Positions 13,825 through 28,685 of a stretch of DNA of 64,000 nt are shown here, in pieces. The DNA lies in the NCBI GenBank assembly GCA_951406725.2, contig OX597831.1, forward strand, positions 37,820,001 through 37,884,000, read 5' to 3'. The notes under the pieces are model-generated. The model saw only the letters and a list, made by a program, of their open reading frames with translations, ran no database searches and was not told where the DNA came from. The position numbers and the translations under genes are program-made. Each line of letters begins with the position of its first letter. The first letter of the stretch is position 1. This DNA is from Octopus vulgaris. Taxonomy: Eukaryota.

Positions 13825-14733
13825 CTGAAATAAATAATAAGAGTCATGCTATGAATATCAAAATCAATTGTTTGATGTTTACGTTCAGAAATTTGTTAGA
13901 TTTTCACAAGAAGAAAGTTACTGAGCCGTAGATGAATGAAATCAAAGCATATAAAGCATATACCTGTGGATTTCCTTTGAGGTATATTTAAAGGGAGCAG
14001 AAATATCAGGAAGAAAGGAGGCAACTAGTTTATGATTATGGCGTGACAGTAATCTGATTCTATAACGCTTCAAACGCTAGCTTCATAGCCTTGAGTCACA
14101 TCACAACGATAATTATCAACGCTAGCTTTCATAGATGGAAACTTTTCAACTGCTATCGGGTAAAGAAAGGTGACTGAAATCACATTGGAAAACGATTAAA
14201 GGCCGAAGCTAGTCATGTAAATAGGTAAGTGAGGAAAATACGCGATCGATCTGAAGATATACTAATAAGTCATTCATTTAATAGGACGTTTTAAATTTGA
14301 TTTATATGACTGTATGATTTGATAAAAGCTAGAACAGTATTTTGAGTTCAAATCCAGCTGCAGTGAATCGTTTATTTTAACTTTTATCTTTAGAAGCTTA
14401 ATACAGTACAGTAAGCACCTGTAATATATTTATATCTGCTGGATCGAATTTGCACATATGCTTGAAATATGAATGGGGAAAATTAATGGAAATACTGTAA
14501 ATCTTGAGTGAGCAGAGGCGTTATGAGAACACTGCCAATATAGCCATGGTGTTTAGTCTTAAATTAGACCCGACAATTCACATATATGACGAAAAATATT
14601 CCAGTCATAATCATTGAAGTTGTTCGGTATATGCGGGTGCATATTCTACATTGTAAATGCTATAATTTTAAGGGGCCTGTGAGTGTTATGCGGAAGGTAT
14701 CTTTGATATACATAACAGCTTATGCGACCGCAC

Positions 14734-14737
<4 letters not shown>

Positions 14738-14783
<46 letters not shown>

Positions 14784-14831
14784 TCACACACATAAACATA
14801 GATAGATATATAGATAGGTAGATAGACAGAC

Positions 14832-14895
<64 letters not shown>

Positions 14896-14903
14896 TGATA
14901 GAT
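14738..14903. repeat. (CA)n + (AGAT)n microsatellite
   Basis: Directly visible. Confidence 0.97.
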
Positions 14904-14907
14904 AAAA

Positions 14908-15322
14908 GGCGGCGAGTTGGCAGAATCATTAGCACGCCGGGCGAAGTGCATAGCGGTATTTCGTCTGTCTTTACGTTCTGAGTTAAAATTCCGCCGAGTT
15001 CGACTTTGCCTTTCATCATTTCGGAGTCGATTAAATAAGTACCAGTTACGCACTGGGGGTCGATGTAATCGACTTAATCCTTTTATCTGTCTTTGTTTGT
15101 CCCATCTGTGTTTAGCCCCTTGTGGGCAGTAAAGAAATAGGAATTTCGTCTGCCGTTACGTTCTGAGTTCAAATTCCGCCGAGGTCGACTTTGTCTTTCA
15201 TCCTTTCGAGGTCAATAAATTAAGTACCAGGTATGCACTGGGATCGATATAATCGAATTAATCCGTTTGTCTGCCCTTGTTTTTCCCCTCTATGTTTTAC
15301 CCATTTTGTGCAATAAAGAAAG
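14908..15322 (+). mobile_element. SINE family 2 (tRNA-like head, Meta/MESC-like core), dimer
   Basis: Head ggcggcgagttggcagaatcattagc, B-box-like gagttcaaattcc, and core gactttgcctttcatcctttcggggtcgataaa present twice. Confidence 0.9.
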
Positions 15323-16061
15323 AAGATAGATGGACAGACAGACAGATAGATAGACGGCCTTATAGTCAGTTATCTGCTCACTTTAGTTCGGATTTGTTTT
15401 GAGTTTAGTTGCCTTCTTTTGAAGTAGGATTTATATATGCCATTTAAAAATAACTCTTCTTCTTTCATCGTTTCTGTCACCCTATTTATTGTATATACTT
15501 TTATCTCACTCCTGGGTTAATCATGTTGGCCGTACACTAACGTAAGTTAAATTTGATGTTTGTCAACTCTTAGATACGTTTTTAAGATGGTAGGTAAATC
15601 TAAACATGAATAAAAATCACTTTCTCAAAAACTGAACTGAAAATATTAATGAAATTTAAATATTATATAGAAACTTTCGACAGATAGTATTAACTCTATT
15701 TTTAACTAGGGTAACAATGAAATCCATAACAGAATCAATATTATAGCCGATTACAGGCCCAAATGTTATTAGTTAGCAGAAAGATTAAAATTTAAATTAA
15801 TCAAAGAACATACTGCGTATGTCTACACGATGTAAATAACAGTCAAAACTCATATTTAAATTGCCGAAAAAAAACATTGTAATGACTACAGAAATAAACC
15901 GTCTGCGAGGAAACGGGTCAAGGACATCTTTCAGCATACCTTCTAGTATTTGGACCCACGTGGACCGGTTTCTGGGCTAGCATTATAGCCACGCTTTTCC
16001 TCGCCGTTCACACATACACACACACACATGTATATATACATATATATATATACATACATAT

Positions 16062-16618
16062 AGGGAGAGTTTACGAAAAAGACAAAAGACGAAGACAGGT
16101 GGTGTACAAAACAAACAGATGTATTACTATAACGCTTAGGAATAGGAAAAGTGTTTTACATTTCGAGCCTTCGAAGGTTATATGGATACAGTTTGTGTAT
16201 CAAATAGCTAACTTAAGGCGATGGCCTCATGGAGCTAATAAGCGGACAGCTTTTTTCTTATTTTTAGCCGCTGTTCTCTTTTCTTAGTTATTTTAATATT
16301 TCTATTATTGAAACAAGTGGATGTATTCCACCGAAACTGTAATCCATCGAACAGATTGAGCACTACTGGTGTACGCTGCATTGGGTAAACGTCTTAGGCC
16401 GGTCAATAGTGTGGAGCGACTGACTCCTTGTTCGAGGTTATATGGATACAGTTTGTGTATCAAATAGCTAACTTAAGGCGATGGCCTCATGGAGCTAATA
16501 AGCGGACAGCTTTTTTCTTATTTTTATAAGAATGCCATATTAGTATGGCGATAACTATTATTTTCCGGGAACGCTGCCGCTGTTCTCTTTTAGAGAGACT
16601 TAGTTATTTTAATATTTC

Positions 16619-16624
<6 letters not shown>
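16062..16624. mobile_element. Composite of Penelope-like terminal fragments between TA tracts, with an internal direct duplication
   Basis: 16170-16308 is duplicated (with extra sequence) at 16430-16624. Hammerhead 3' halves gctcGAAAtgta (minus, ~16157-16168) and gtgga-tgtat-tccac-cGAAActgta (16317-16341). Confidence 0.55.
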
Positions 16625-16660
<36 letters not shown>

Positions 16661-17184
16661 AATATTAGTAGACAAAATCATATCTTTAGTGTAGAATTCA
16701 CCTAATGAAGCCGACAAGTTTTGATTACTTTTTATATTTTTTCGTTATCCATTGACGTCACAAATAGCTTAATATAAAACAATTTCATATGATGTTTCTT
16801 CTCATAGTTCTTTTGTGGGCGTTCATGTACTGGAAATATTTCCTGAGTTCATTTTGAATTTAACTAATTTTTGGTTCACCTTGAAATCGTTTTGTTAACA
16901 TGTATTTGCGGAAATATTTATTTCAATGATAGTTATTTTTTTAATATCTAAATAAGTTAATATTATAAGATAGATTCTACAATAAAGATGTGATTTTCTC
17001 TATACGTAATTCTGTTGTTTAATGTTCTGAATTTCCAGAAATTCTTCTAAACGATATTTGGACTACTAGTCATATACGAGCAATTACTTAGCATGTGGAT
17101 TCAAAATTCATCTTCTAGTGTATTATTGTTGGGTATAGTTAACCAATTTCCTTATATACTTTAAAAAATCCGCTTTTCTTCTCG

Positions 17185-17232
<48 letters not shown>

Positions 17233-17237
<5 letters not shown>

Positions 17238-17352
17238 GGATCACGCGACCGACCAGGTTATCAGATGTTGCTACATATCACTGGTCACAATGCGCTTTGC
17301 ATTGTTTTAGCCTTCAAATAACGCCATCCCGGTGGCTAAGCGAGCAGGCCAA
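17233..17352 (-). mobile_element. SINE 3' tail fragment (same tail as 57330-57458)
   Basis: Reverse complement of aaagcgcattgtgac…caacatctgat…ctggt…gtgatc.cgtgata. Confidence 0.7.
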
Positions 17353-17729
17353 TATATATATATAGTGTAACTGCCCGAAAAGTAAGGACTTCTGGTAACT
17401 CGACTGAGGAAAGAAGGCCACGATTGACCCTCTTTTTTCCCTGTCCTTTTTATTGTTGCTTCTCCTGTTGTATACACATAATAAACAAACACGCATGCGC
17501 ACACATACGCACACATGCAGATACACATACAGATGCAAACATAAACGTATGCGCAGATAAGGATCTATACCACGGAAACACAAAATGGATTCAGCTGGAC
17601 AAGAGCAGACACGAAGGATAAAGAATCGTAGATAAGATTATAGGATGAAGAGCTTTTAAAAATAATAATAGTAATGAAGTTGAAGTAAAGACCAAACATG
17701 TGTTTAGTTTGCATACTACGACCATCCTC

Positions 17730-17887
17730 AGGCGTAGCTCTGTGGTAAGAAGTTTGCTTCCCAGCCACATTGCTCCGGTCTCAGTCCTACTGCGTGGCAC
17801 CATGGACAAAAGTCTTTTGATACAAGAGTGGGCCAACTAAAGCCTTGTGAGTGGATTTGGTAAACGGAAACTGAAAGAAGTCCGCAG

Positions 17888-17959
<72 letters not shown>

Positions 17960-18552
17960 AATATATATATACATATATATATATATAAATAAATATATAT
18001 ATGTGTGTGTGTGTGTGTGTGGAAAAAGTGAAGTTATAAAATGCTAAAATGATTTTATAAAAAACATTTCAGTCATTGATACTTTTCGGTCATTGATACT
18101 TTTTCAACTGTAAGTATGGAAATCATCATTTCACACTCTAACCACAAATGAATCGTTGGCGATTTTTTCCTCCGTCTTCCTTTTACTCTTGGTCATTCCT
18201 CTGCCTCCTGTTTCTGAAGAAGGGCTTTGCTTAAAACGTAAAACCGGCTTTCTTTCCTTCGTTCTTTGCATGTACCACGTCCTGGTGTTGTTGTATTTTT
18301 CTTGTGTTTTATTTTTCGTTTCTGGGGGAGGTAATATATATATATATATATATATGTCTATATCTGTCCACCCTCCATTACTTGAGAACCGATGTTGGTG
18401 TGTTTATATCCTCGTAATTTAACTCTTTGGCAAACGAGACAGGTAGAGTAGGTAATAGACTTACTAAAAATATGTCCTGGGGTCATTTGTTCGACAAAAA
18501 GCGGCGCTCCAGCATTAGCGTAGTCAAATTACTGAAACAAGTAAAAGAATAG
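17730..18552 (+). mobile_element. SINE family 1, interrupted in its internal microsatellite by a Penelope-like fragment (~18020-18330)
   Basis: Head at 17730-17888 and tail at 18360-18552. The insert carries ctgaagaagggctttgcttaaaacgta. Confidence 0.8.
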
Positions 18553-18555
18553 GAG

Positions 18556-18599
<44 letters not shown>

Positions 18600-19351
18600 T
18601 CATATATATGTATATGTATATATGTATAAATTCATATGTGTGTTTGTGTGTGTGCGTGTGTGTGCATATGTAAACAACTTCATGCATATTTCTTGCATCT
18701 ATAGAGGGAGAGTTAGATGTACTATCGCACGGCATATTTTTACCAATTTTAAACCATGCATTACCCATTCCACATCAGATGCAGATACATCCGATTTGTT
18801 CCCGATAGTCCGAGAGACAGGTAGAAAGGAAATGAATGAATAATCGAGGAATTAACAAGAATGTATATATTACCTGCTAATCATTTACAAAGGTTTCTCA
18901 CAATTGACAAGTAAAAAGAGAACAGAAAAGAACAGCTTCCTGTGAAATTAAATCTCTATATTCTAAAAATCATGTGGTCTAATTGTTGAGAGTTGCTGAC
19001 AATTACTTCTCAATGTCTACTTCCTTTTTGCGTCTAAGAGGCAAATTGCAATTCTCTTCTGTTCGCCAGCCAGTACAACTCCACCTATCCGAATTATATG
19101 AATGATTCATTAATTTTCCTTACTCGCCATCTATATTTATTCATACTCGATTATATGGTAGACATATGTATATCAAATATATTTCTGTATAGATAGGAGT
19201 GTGTGCGTGTGTGTACTTTTGATATATGTAGATATGTATGTATATGTATATGTGTATGCGTCTGTTTTATCTTTCCCCATACATTCACGCACAGACATAT
19301 CGATATATGTCTATCTTTATGTGTTTGTGTGCTTGTGGGCATATCTGTATG

Positions 19352-19392
19352 GAGATAGATAGACAAACTGATAGACAGATATATAGATAGAT

Positions 19393-19463
<71 letters not shown>
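19352..19463. repeat. (AGAT)n microsatellite
   Basis: Directly visible. Confidence 0.97.
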
Positions 19464-19464
<1 letters not shown>

Positions 19465-20938
19465 GGTTGCCAGCGAAACTTGGTCACAGTCGAATCCAAT
19501 CAAGACGTTGTATAGACAATAATGGAAAATAACAAATAAAGCTGTATGCTTTAAGAGCTTATACATACAAAAGAAATGTAAAGTTTGCTAATTTATCTGA
19601 TAAGTCAATCAAAAATAAAAATCTGCAAAAATATAAGAAAAGAGAAAAGTCAATATTTCGATGCTTTGTTGCTGTTCCATATTCTTCATCCAATCCGAAA
19701 TGAACGTTAAAAAAGTACAAGAAAAATGCAATAAAGAAAATTGGTAAGAATCTAACCAATCACATTTCAGTGAACTAACAGCAGCATTGCTTCAATAATT
19801 GTTGAACATCTTTAATTGCTACAAGTTTCCAAGACACAAATATCGTTATATATTTGCTGAAATTAAGTCTTAAGTTACCGAAATCTATCAGTCGAAATAT
19901 AATTGATTAAATAAATAAATAAAAAATGTCTACAGTATCTGATATTATGGAAAGCAATTTTGTTCCTGTTTATTGGCTTCTTTGAAGATAAATTCACGTA
20001 AAAATTTCTCACTTGTGTTCGACAGCATGTGGAAAGAGAAATATTTCTTTGATTCGATATTTTTATTTTACTTCTTTTTTTTTTATCTTTTTGGTGCTGT
20101 CTTTATTTTTTTAACTCGTTAAATCTCGCAAAGAAAAATTCTTTCTTTCGTTCTCCATATTTTTCGTCCTCTTTTTTCTTTCCATTCCTAATTTGTTTTT
20201 CACCTTATTCATACGTAAAGGCAAATGGCTTACAGGGTTTATTAGAAAGAAACAGAACGCCGCCAAATAAAGGAAAATTGAAAAACCAAATAAATAAGCA
20301 AATAAATAGCAGCGAAGAGAATTAACAAAAACAAATCAAATAGAATTCCTACTGAAATAAATGTGTAAAGTTGGGTAAAAACCTGTTCTTCACTGCCTTC
20401 CAGATCATTTAACAATCACATGTTAAATATCAATTCGAGAAACACATGGGAAACATTTCACACTACCTTATCGTCGCCATCACCACCATCACCAATATCG
20501 GTAAAAACCATCACGACCACCACGACTACAACCATCAGCAATACCATCTCCAACACCAACTCAACCATTTATTCATCTATCCATTTACATCAATCAATAA
20601 AGTAAGGAAATGAAACCAATATGGCATTTGAACTCATACAATATCAAACACCTCAGGCACTTTGCTATTGACCACTGTAAAAGTACTTCAAATTATTTTA
20701 GATGTGACAAGCTAAATGTACGTTGAGTTCGTTTACGGTTTTGATCACATCAAATACATTTATCCATTAATATCTAAACAACGTATCTTCCTAAAAGACT
20801 TTGAACACTTTCGGTTAGCGTAAAGGAAAGTGTTAAATATTTTGTGAGAAACTCATAGCTTTGCACAAATTAATTTTCCACACTAAAAAGATTTTAAAGT
20901 TAAATGTTGCCCAAATTCTTCTATGAACCATAGTAATT

Positions 20939-21049
<111 letters not shown>

Positions 21050-22095
21050 GCCATAATTTTGTCACCTCAGATTCAATATTATTAGGAAATGTTCGACTGG
21101 AAATCACGATAAATTGATTTCTTCAGTGGTATTAGTTTGTGAAGTTTTTCCTTTAATTTGGTTGGTCTTCGGTATTGTTGTAGGTCAGCTTTAAATAAAC
21201 CTTTAATATTAGACATATTACCGACGTTTTCCAGCCATGACCATACCGTCTTTTGTGTATATCTGGGAAACATTATCAAATGTGCTTCCCTTTAACATAA
21301 GTATAATATGAAGGAAATTTATTGCTACTTCTTGAAGGCCCAGGAACGACATATGAGCAACCAATCCATTTGGCTGGAATCCGTAACTAATAGTGTATAC
21401 TGCATCTTACTTGCTAAGTAACTGAGCTGTTCAATACATGCCAGGAGTATTCTCACAACGGTTATATTAGAGCCTGGTAGGAACGTAGAGTAATTTCAGT
21501 ATTGAATTCCTTGTAAAGCTTTAAGTAAAACGAGTAAAGTTTCCTAAATCAACCAAGACAGAGACCAATGTATTTCTCCTTATGACTAAGAGAGAGTTTA
21601 TAAAACTTAGAGTAAGAAAACTATTTACCGCATGGTTTTTTTGTCAAGATACGCGAAGTAGGAAAACAGCTTTAGATGTATGCAAGGTATTATCGTATCA
21701 CGTGATTTAAAAAACTTCACCGAAGATCTTTCCTTGCAAATTTCAAATCTACTTGGAATTTTGCCAGCAACTGAGCATCTTCCGTAACTATCCACGATCC
21801 TGTTGCTTATAACAACTAATACGAGTGAATAAAATCAACTGGGTATACACATTTGAAAGTTCACCGATTTTGCAGCGACTAATTTGAATATTAAATTACT
21901 GGTATATTGATGCTACATTCCGCCGCTATGATAAAGTGTAGAACATATCTCTAACTTTTTTTAAAACCAACAATGTAATTTCCGAGTTATATAAATTTTA
22001 CGTATAGATGTACATTGTGTTTGTGTACAGACAAAGAACTTCATACATGCATACTTCAACTTTAAAGCATGGCATAGTATGTCACGTAATATATG

Positions 22096-22318
22096 TACGT
22101 TGGGGCTGCGGAATAGTTCCTGGCTTTTGATAAAATATAATAGAGTAGGATCAGTTAATTATGATTTTATCCACCATATTCCCCTCTTAGATTTACGCAC
22201 TTATTGCGGTGTCTCTTCAGTATTTTGTAAGCCCTGTAAGAGCATTCGGGAGGTTGGGCCTCCAACAAAGCCTTTCGAGATACCTGCACAGCCTAGAACT
22301 TTCAGCACACTCTCTTAT
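22096..22318. mobile_element. Mariner-derived MITE
   Basis: Imperfect TIRs (tacg…gctgcggaatagttcctggc / gcctagaactttcagcacactctctta) with TA ends. Interior is homologous to 50233-50453 and 51363-51645. Confidence 0.75.
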
Positions 22319-24349
22319 ATTTTAGAAATTGCAAACTCTTTTATTATCTACGCACCGTTGCGTAGAACACCAGTGACACAGAGGACTAAAGCCAATCATT
22401 CGCTAGACCAATATACACATATACGTATACGTACATACACACGCACGCACACACACACACACGCACACACACACACGCACACACACACACGCACACACAC
22501 ACACAAACACATGTATGTATATTATAAATCTCCACGAATATATCTTTTCTAGATGGCTTCCGCATAAGGTATTTTTACGTATACTATGAGCAAGTGAATT
22601 TATTGCCCCCATTCTAGCCTTAGCGATACCTGTGGGCCAATGGTTTCTGGGTTATTTCCCTTTTTCGGTACTGGATAATTACCGGTTAGAAGTGGCGGCT
22701 ACTCGACCTTCCTCATAGTATATGCTTTTCAAGCGACGCATAGTCGCTGATCTCGCAAAGAGAAAAACGAATAGTTTTAAATCTCTGAGCGAGTACCGAA
22801 CAGTAATGTCTATTTAACAACACTATCTGGCAGTCCTACACAGGACGATGCTACTGCTTTTTAGCCACAGGAAAACATCTTACCCAGCTGGCTACCGGCA
22901 CATGGTCTCTTTCCGTTTATATTGTTCAATTACAGATTCATAGATATACTGCTCTTACCTACATGCAGGATACTTACATTTCCCTGAGGTAAATACAGTG
23001 CGTTTTAATAAGTGTAGAATCACTGAAATACACACAAACTCCAACAAAGCTTTTCGAGACACCTGCAAAGCCAGGAACTTTCAGCACGCTCTCTTATATT
23101 TTAGAAATATATAAATAATAGATGAAGAAACGGTTTGTTTGTAGACATAGTATATGGCTATGAAATTTGCTTATGTACTTGTAGTGTATTCATAGATGTG
23201 AAACATACATAAATATATACTGACATGTACATACCAATTGATTAAAATTCGTTTATCTCTAACGATATGCAAAATACATCGGAAAATTATGTTTCTCCTA
23301 CCCATTATTCTGGTTAAATACAAAGCAGACAAACTTCAGAGTGTTTTGTAAAACAGATATTTCAATTCAGTTCCTGTATATGATAGAGCGAGAGAGAGGG
23401 AGAGAGAGAGAGAGAGAGAGTTGCATCCTATAACATTATCTATTATTCACAAACCAACAAGGGAACTTGTTGATTTATCTGTTCCAAATAGCATTGAAAT
23501 CTCTTTTAAACCATATCCTGCCATCTTACAGAAAAATAATCATGTTGAGCCATATATCATTGTTGGAGTGTATCTACAAACGAAGACAGGATAACTATGC
23601 TGTGAATTCATATATCTTCTGAATTCGGTCTAAAGAAGTTGTAGTTGTACTTTAGTTTCATATGTGAATCAATCGAAAAGTAACTATGTCTTTCCTGCCA
23701 GTTTCAATCAGGTGCGATGAATTTTGCGCTCAGTATATACTAATTCATTCGATTCAGTTTTCTGTCATACAAGGTGAAATCCTGGTACCAAGAAATGGAA
23801 GTCCTTATTCTTTAAGTATGGGATTGTATTTGGGAACCCTTTATAGGTGTAGCTTGCATTTCAGAGAATAACTATTGCATTATTCTATTAGGTAGTCAGA
23901 TGTCAAAACACTTAATGTGCCAACTAAATTGTAACTGCATTGGCAGCGAAGTATGGATGAATGGTTTGGCGCAGAAGACATTTTTCTGGCAGAAACAGAT
24001 TTAGTGTTCCATTAACGGTACGATGCATTTCTTGCGTAATAATATTCTATTGGATCAATTCCTTCTTCAAGAAGCTATAAGAGAATTCCAATAGAACAAT
24101 ACAATCCAAAATAAATGCTAAGCCACGGGCCGTTATACACATAGCTACTTCTGAGCTTACAAAGGTTACGCACACCTGCATATGTCAGATTTCACGTAAT
24201 AGAATAGTCTTTTGTTTTTATTCTGAAACCATTTAAAGTAAAGACCGTTGTTTTCTTAATCTTTAGCCGACATAATTCCCATTGAAGCAGCTTGATGGTA
24301 AAATATCGATACACTAATAAAGAAATTGCATCATTTAACTTTTATTTTT

Positions 24350-24695
24350 TTTTATTCAGTTATTAAACAGCGCCATGTCGGGGAAATGCCTTGAAGAGTT
24401 TGAATCGAATGAATCAAATCAATTACCAGTTTCTATTGGTTTCTCTTGCCGGAACGCTACGTTACGAGGATGTAAACACAATAACACCGGTTGGCAAGCG
24501 GTGGCGGAAAAAAAATTACAGATTCAAGGACAAACACACTTAGATATATATAATACTTACATACATACATAACAAACCAAGTCGCAAGTCTCTGGTCGGT
24601 CCAACGTTATAGAAGAAAAGTTGATGTACCACGCTGTGGGACTGATCCCAAAACCATGCTGCCTGGAAGCAACCTTCTTACCACACAGCCACTTC
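24350..24695 (-). mobile_element. SINE family 1, diverged copy
   Basis: Tail, body (gtaaacacaataacaccggttg) and head (cttaccacacagccac) in reverse orientation. Confidence 0.75.
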
Positions 24696-26132
24696 TGAGC
24701 TTACGAAGGCATCTCACACCTGCATATGTCAGATTTTACTTTTTATTCCGAAATCAATTATAGTAAAAGCCGCTGCTTTTGTAATATTTAGCAGACAAAG
24801 CTTCCATTTAATGTGGCTGAATGTTGCTCATTGCTGTTGGTAGTGATTTGGAATGGCTTAAAGAATGTCGAAAGTAGTAAAATAATGTTAGTCACAAGTA
24901 TTTGCCAGTTTTTAGAAAGACTGAACCGCTCTACATACATTTGATGTATACTTTCTTGCTCACTTCGTTCCTGTATCTGAGCCATATCTTTGATATGCTG
25001 GGAGGGTTATATACATCCATGGATATCCAATAATTGATATACATCCATGGATATCCAATAATACGATAGCCATAACATGTACATCCAGGTGATAGACTGA
25101 TCCTTTCTAAAGTCTGAAATTAAAACCTATTGTTAATTTTGTTTTTCGTTTTTATGTGAGTTTTCGGGTTTTCTATTGTTAAAATTGAAACTTACTTCTA
25201 TATTGCCGTGTCAACGTGAGCTGTTGAGATGTTATGATTGGTTAAAAAATAGTAATGAAAGACTGAAACAAAGGTAGAAAGATATAACAACTGCTCCAGT
25301 AGAAAGTTTGTACAAAGGGAGCCGTACCAAGTGTAACATTTGATGGTAGTATTTATAACTCCACTGTAAAAATAAATATATCATGCACAGAATTTACCGT
25401 TTCCTTTTTCATCGTTTTCCGTTCGTAAATATATGATTCACCGGATTCTTTTAGTTCGTATATAGCAATTGAATTACATATCACTCACCATCCATCACAT
25501 CGCATTTCAGTAACAAGGCAACCAATTTCAAATTCATCAGCTGACGCATTTAATGTCCGATTTCTCGAGCTCTCTCTTCCACGTTTTCCCACTGAAATCT
25601 CAATAGATTCATGTTTTCATATCTTTATTAACATTTATGAAAATTTATGAAAATCAGCTCGTGGTTAGGGAATTAAAAGGTAAGGTAGAGGACCTCAGAT
25701 TTAGAATAACACGGTATGAAACCACATACATTATCTCTTTAGCATGGTTATGTTAATGTTCTGAAATCACTTTGTTTCTCCAATATGCACTATATAAGAC
25801 ACACTTATCTATATAGACGCACACACATATGCATATATATATATATATATGCATATGTGTGTATATATACATATACATGTATAAATGTAAGATCCAGGAA
25901 TCGAGGTGTAAGAAGACAGTTCACTTCAAGCAATCCCTACTAAATATAAAACAAAACAACTTTCAGGATCAATATCGGTTTATTGAGACACAAGGTTGTG
26001 GATCATTTTCGTATCGAAGTACAATAAGCTGAAAAAAGTTATTTTTATATTTCACGGTGGGTGACCAGGGTTGCCGGGACTAAGAATAAGAATACAAAGT
26101 GCTATGGAATGGAGTAGATATCCACATTCTCT

Positions 26133-26164
<32 letters not shown>

Positions 26165-26608
26165 ATATATATATATATATATATCATATCATATTATATT
26201 ATTATCTTTATAATTCACTTCCATCTTTACCCTTTAATTGTCACTTTAATTTTAACTTTCCTATGACATACAACTTTCAAGATGGTATAATTTGGTTGTT
26301 CATTTTGAACCGATAAAAAGGTTTTTTCAAATATTTTATGTATAAGTCTGTGTGTGTGTATATATATGTGTTGGTATAAATATCAACACACAAAAATATT
26401 TTTTCTTCTCCACTTCCTCCCTTATTTTTATTTTTATTTTTATTTTTATTTTTTTATTTTTTATTCTTTATATTTTTATTTATTTTTTATTTTTTGTTTT
26501 TATTTTATTTTTTTTATTTTTTAATTTTTTATTTTTATTATTATTATTTTTATTTTCCCTTTTCTCTTTTTGTCTCTCTCCCCTTCTCCAAACACACAGA
26601 CACACACA

Positions 26609-26646
<38 letters not shown>

Positions 26647-26854
26647 AAAACACACACAGACACACAGAGACACACACACACACACACCTCCACAGAATGA
26701 TCATAGAAAGTGTGACCCCAAATGACATTTGCCAGGCCAACCTATGCACAACACACACTCAGTGACATTGAAATGGACAGCCAAAGTTCTTATAAAACCA
26801 CAGGGGGTCCAGCAGACCAACGGAAATAACACTTCTTCACTCTCAGATATAAAT

Positions 26855-26930
<76 letters not shown>

Positions 26931-27288
26931 ACATATTTTCTCTCTGTCTCACTTCCTCCTCACCCACTACTACGAAACTATAAAAAGGTTCAAACTACCC
27001 ACAACTGATTTGATTTGAAAACCCTCTAGAATGGGAGCAAGCGCTAATCCGAATGATATGATATATATGTAAAAAATGTAATATATAAATAAATATCTAC
27101 AAATATGAACCATCTGATCTGATTACCTCAATTTTTCTAATATATAATACCTGTACATCATCTCCAAACCTTCCGATATATATATGTATATATATATTTA
27201 ATAATAATAATAATAATAGGGAATAATATTATTCCAACCTTACATAGTTATTTCATTGTTGAATTGATAAAATGCTGTCTCTTCTCTA

Positions 27289-27400
<112 letters not shown>

Positions 27401-27546
27401 GAGTTCGATGAAGGGAAAGAAAGTTTAAGTTTCGAAGTCGGATCTAATACCATTCTTGTTACAAAATAATAAATATGAACTTTAGAAACGCTATTTTGTA
27501 ACATTTCCGTTTAATGTAAAAATTTTTTTTATCATAATTTGGCATA

Positions 27547-27740
27547 AGGCGGCGAGCAGACTGATTCGTTACCACACTGGACAAAATACTTCGTGGCATT
27601 TTTATTCGGCTTTTGTTCTGATTTCAAATTTCGTACTAGTTGACTTTACCTTTCATTCCTTCAAGGTGGATACAATATGTACAAGTTATAACCTGGTGTT
27701 CGATGTAATCAAATTGTTTCTTCAAAATTACAGGCTCGGT
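27547..27740 (+). mobile_element. SINE family 2, old monomer
   Basis: aggcggcgagc… head and degenerate gactttacctttcattcctt core. Confidence 0.7.
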
Positions 27741-27789
27741 GGTTATAGCAAATGGGATTTTAACAACATACACTTATACATACATATAT

Positions 27790-28046
27790 ACAGACAGACA
27801 GACGCATAGACACACAGACACACAGACAGATAGATAGACAGGTAGACAGACAGACTGACAGGCGGATGACGGACGGAGAGATAGATAGATAGATAGAGAA
27901 ATACATAGATAGACGAACAGACAATCAGACGGACGGACGGATGGATGGATAAACAGATAGATTGATACCTAGATAGATAGAGAGAGAGAGAGGCAGATAG
28001 ATAGACATACATACAGACAGATAGACAGACAGACAGAAAGACAGAC

Positions 28047-28097
<51 letters not shown>

Positions 28098-28099
28098 CG

Positions 28100-28141
<42 letters not shown>

Positions 28142-28142
28142 C

Positions 28143-28218
<76 letters not shown>
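27790..28218. repeat. Long (AGAT)n/(AGAC)n compound microsatellite
   Basis: Directly visible. Confidence 0.97.
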
Positions 28219-28219
<1 letters not shown>

Positions 28220-28466
28220 TGAGTATGGAAATAAAAAAGAAGTTTAGATATAAGTTCTTTCTGCTGCTGAGAGGCTCTTCGTTGCATAATTGAAATACAG
28301 GAGAAATGGCGAGGACACTTCATATATATTGCATATCAAAGTATCCCCATGTCTACGGATAATTATTCGATGGAATATTTCATGAAACTCAATCAAGGTT
28401 GAAGCCGATAGAATGCGCCATTCATTCTGGACTTCATGAAATGAATATCAGATGAAATACCAATTC

Positions 28467-28532
<66 letters not shown>

Positions 28533-28622
28533 AATATATATATACATACATACATGTACGTCTGTATATAAGCTGATATATATATACATACATGTGTGTA
28601 TATAAACTGATATATATATGAA

Positions 28623-28685
<63 letters not shown>

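Noticed and set aside
23640-24060. LINE endonuclease remnant (GTLSVLT on minus strand)
   Set aside because: A single short degenerate motif, insufficient to call.
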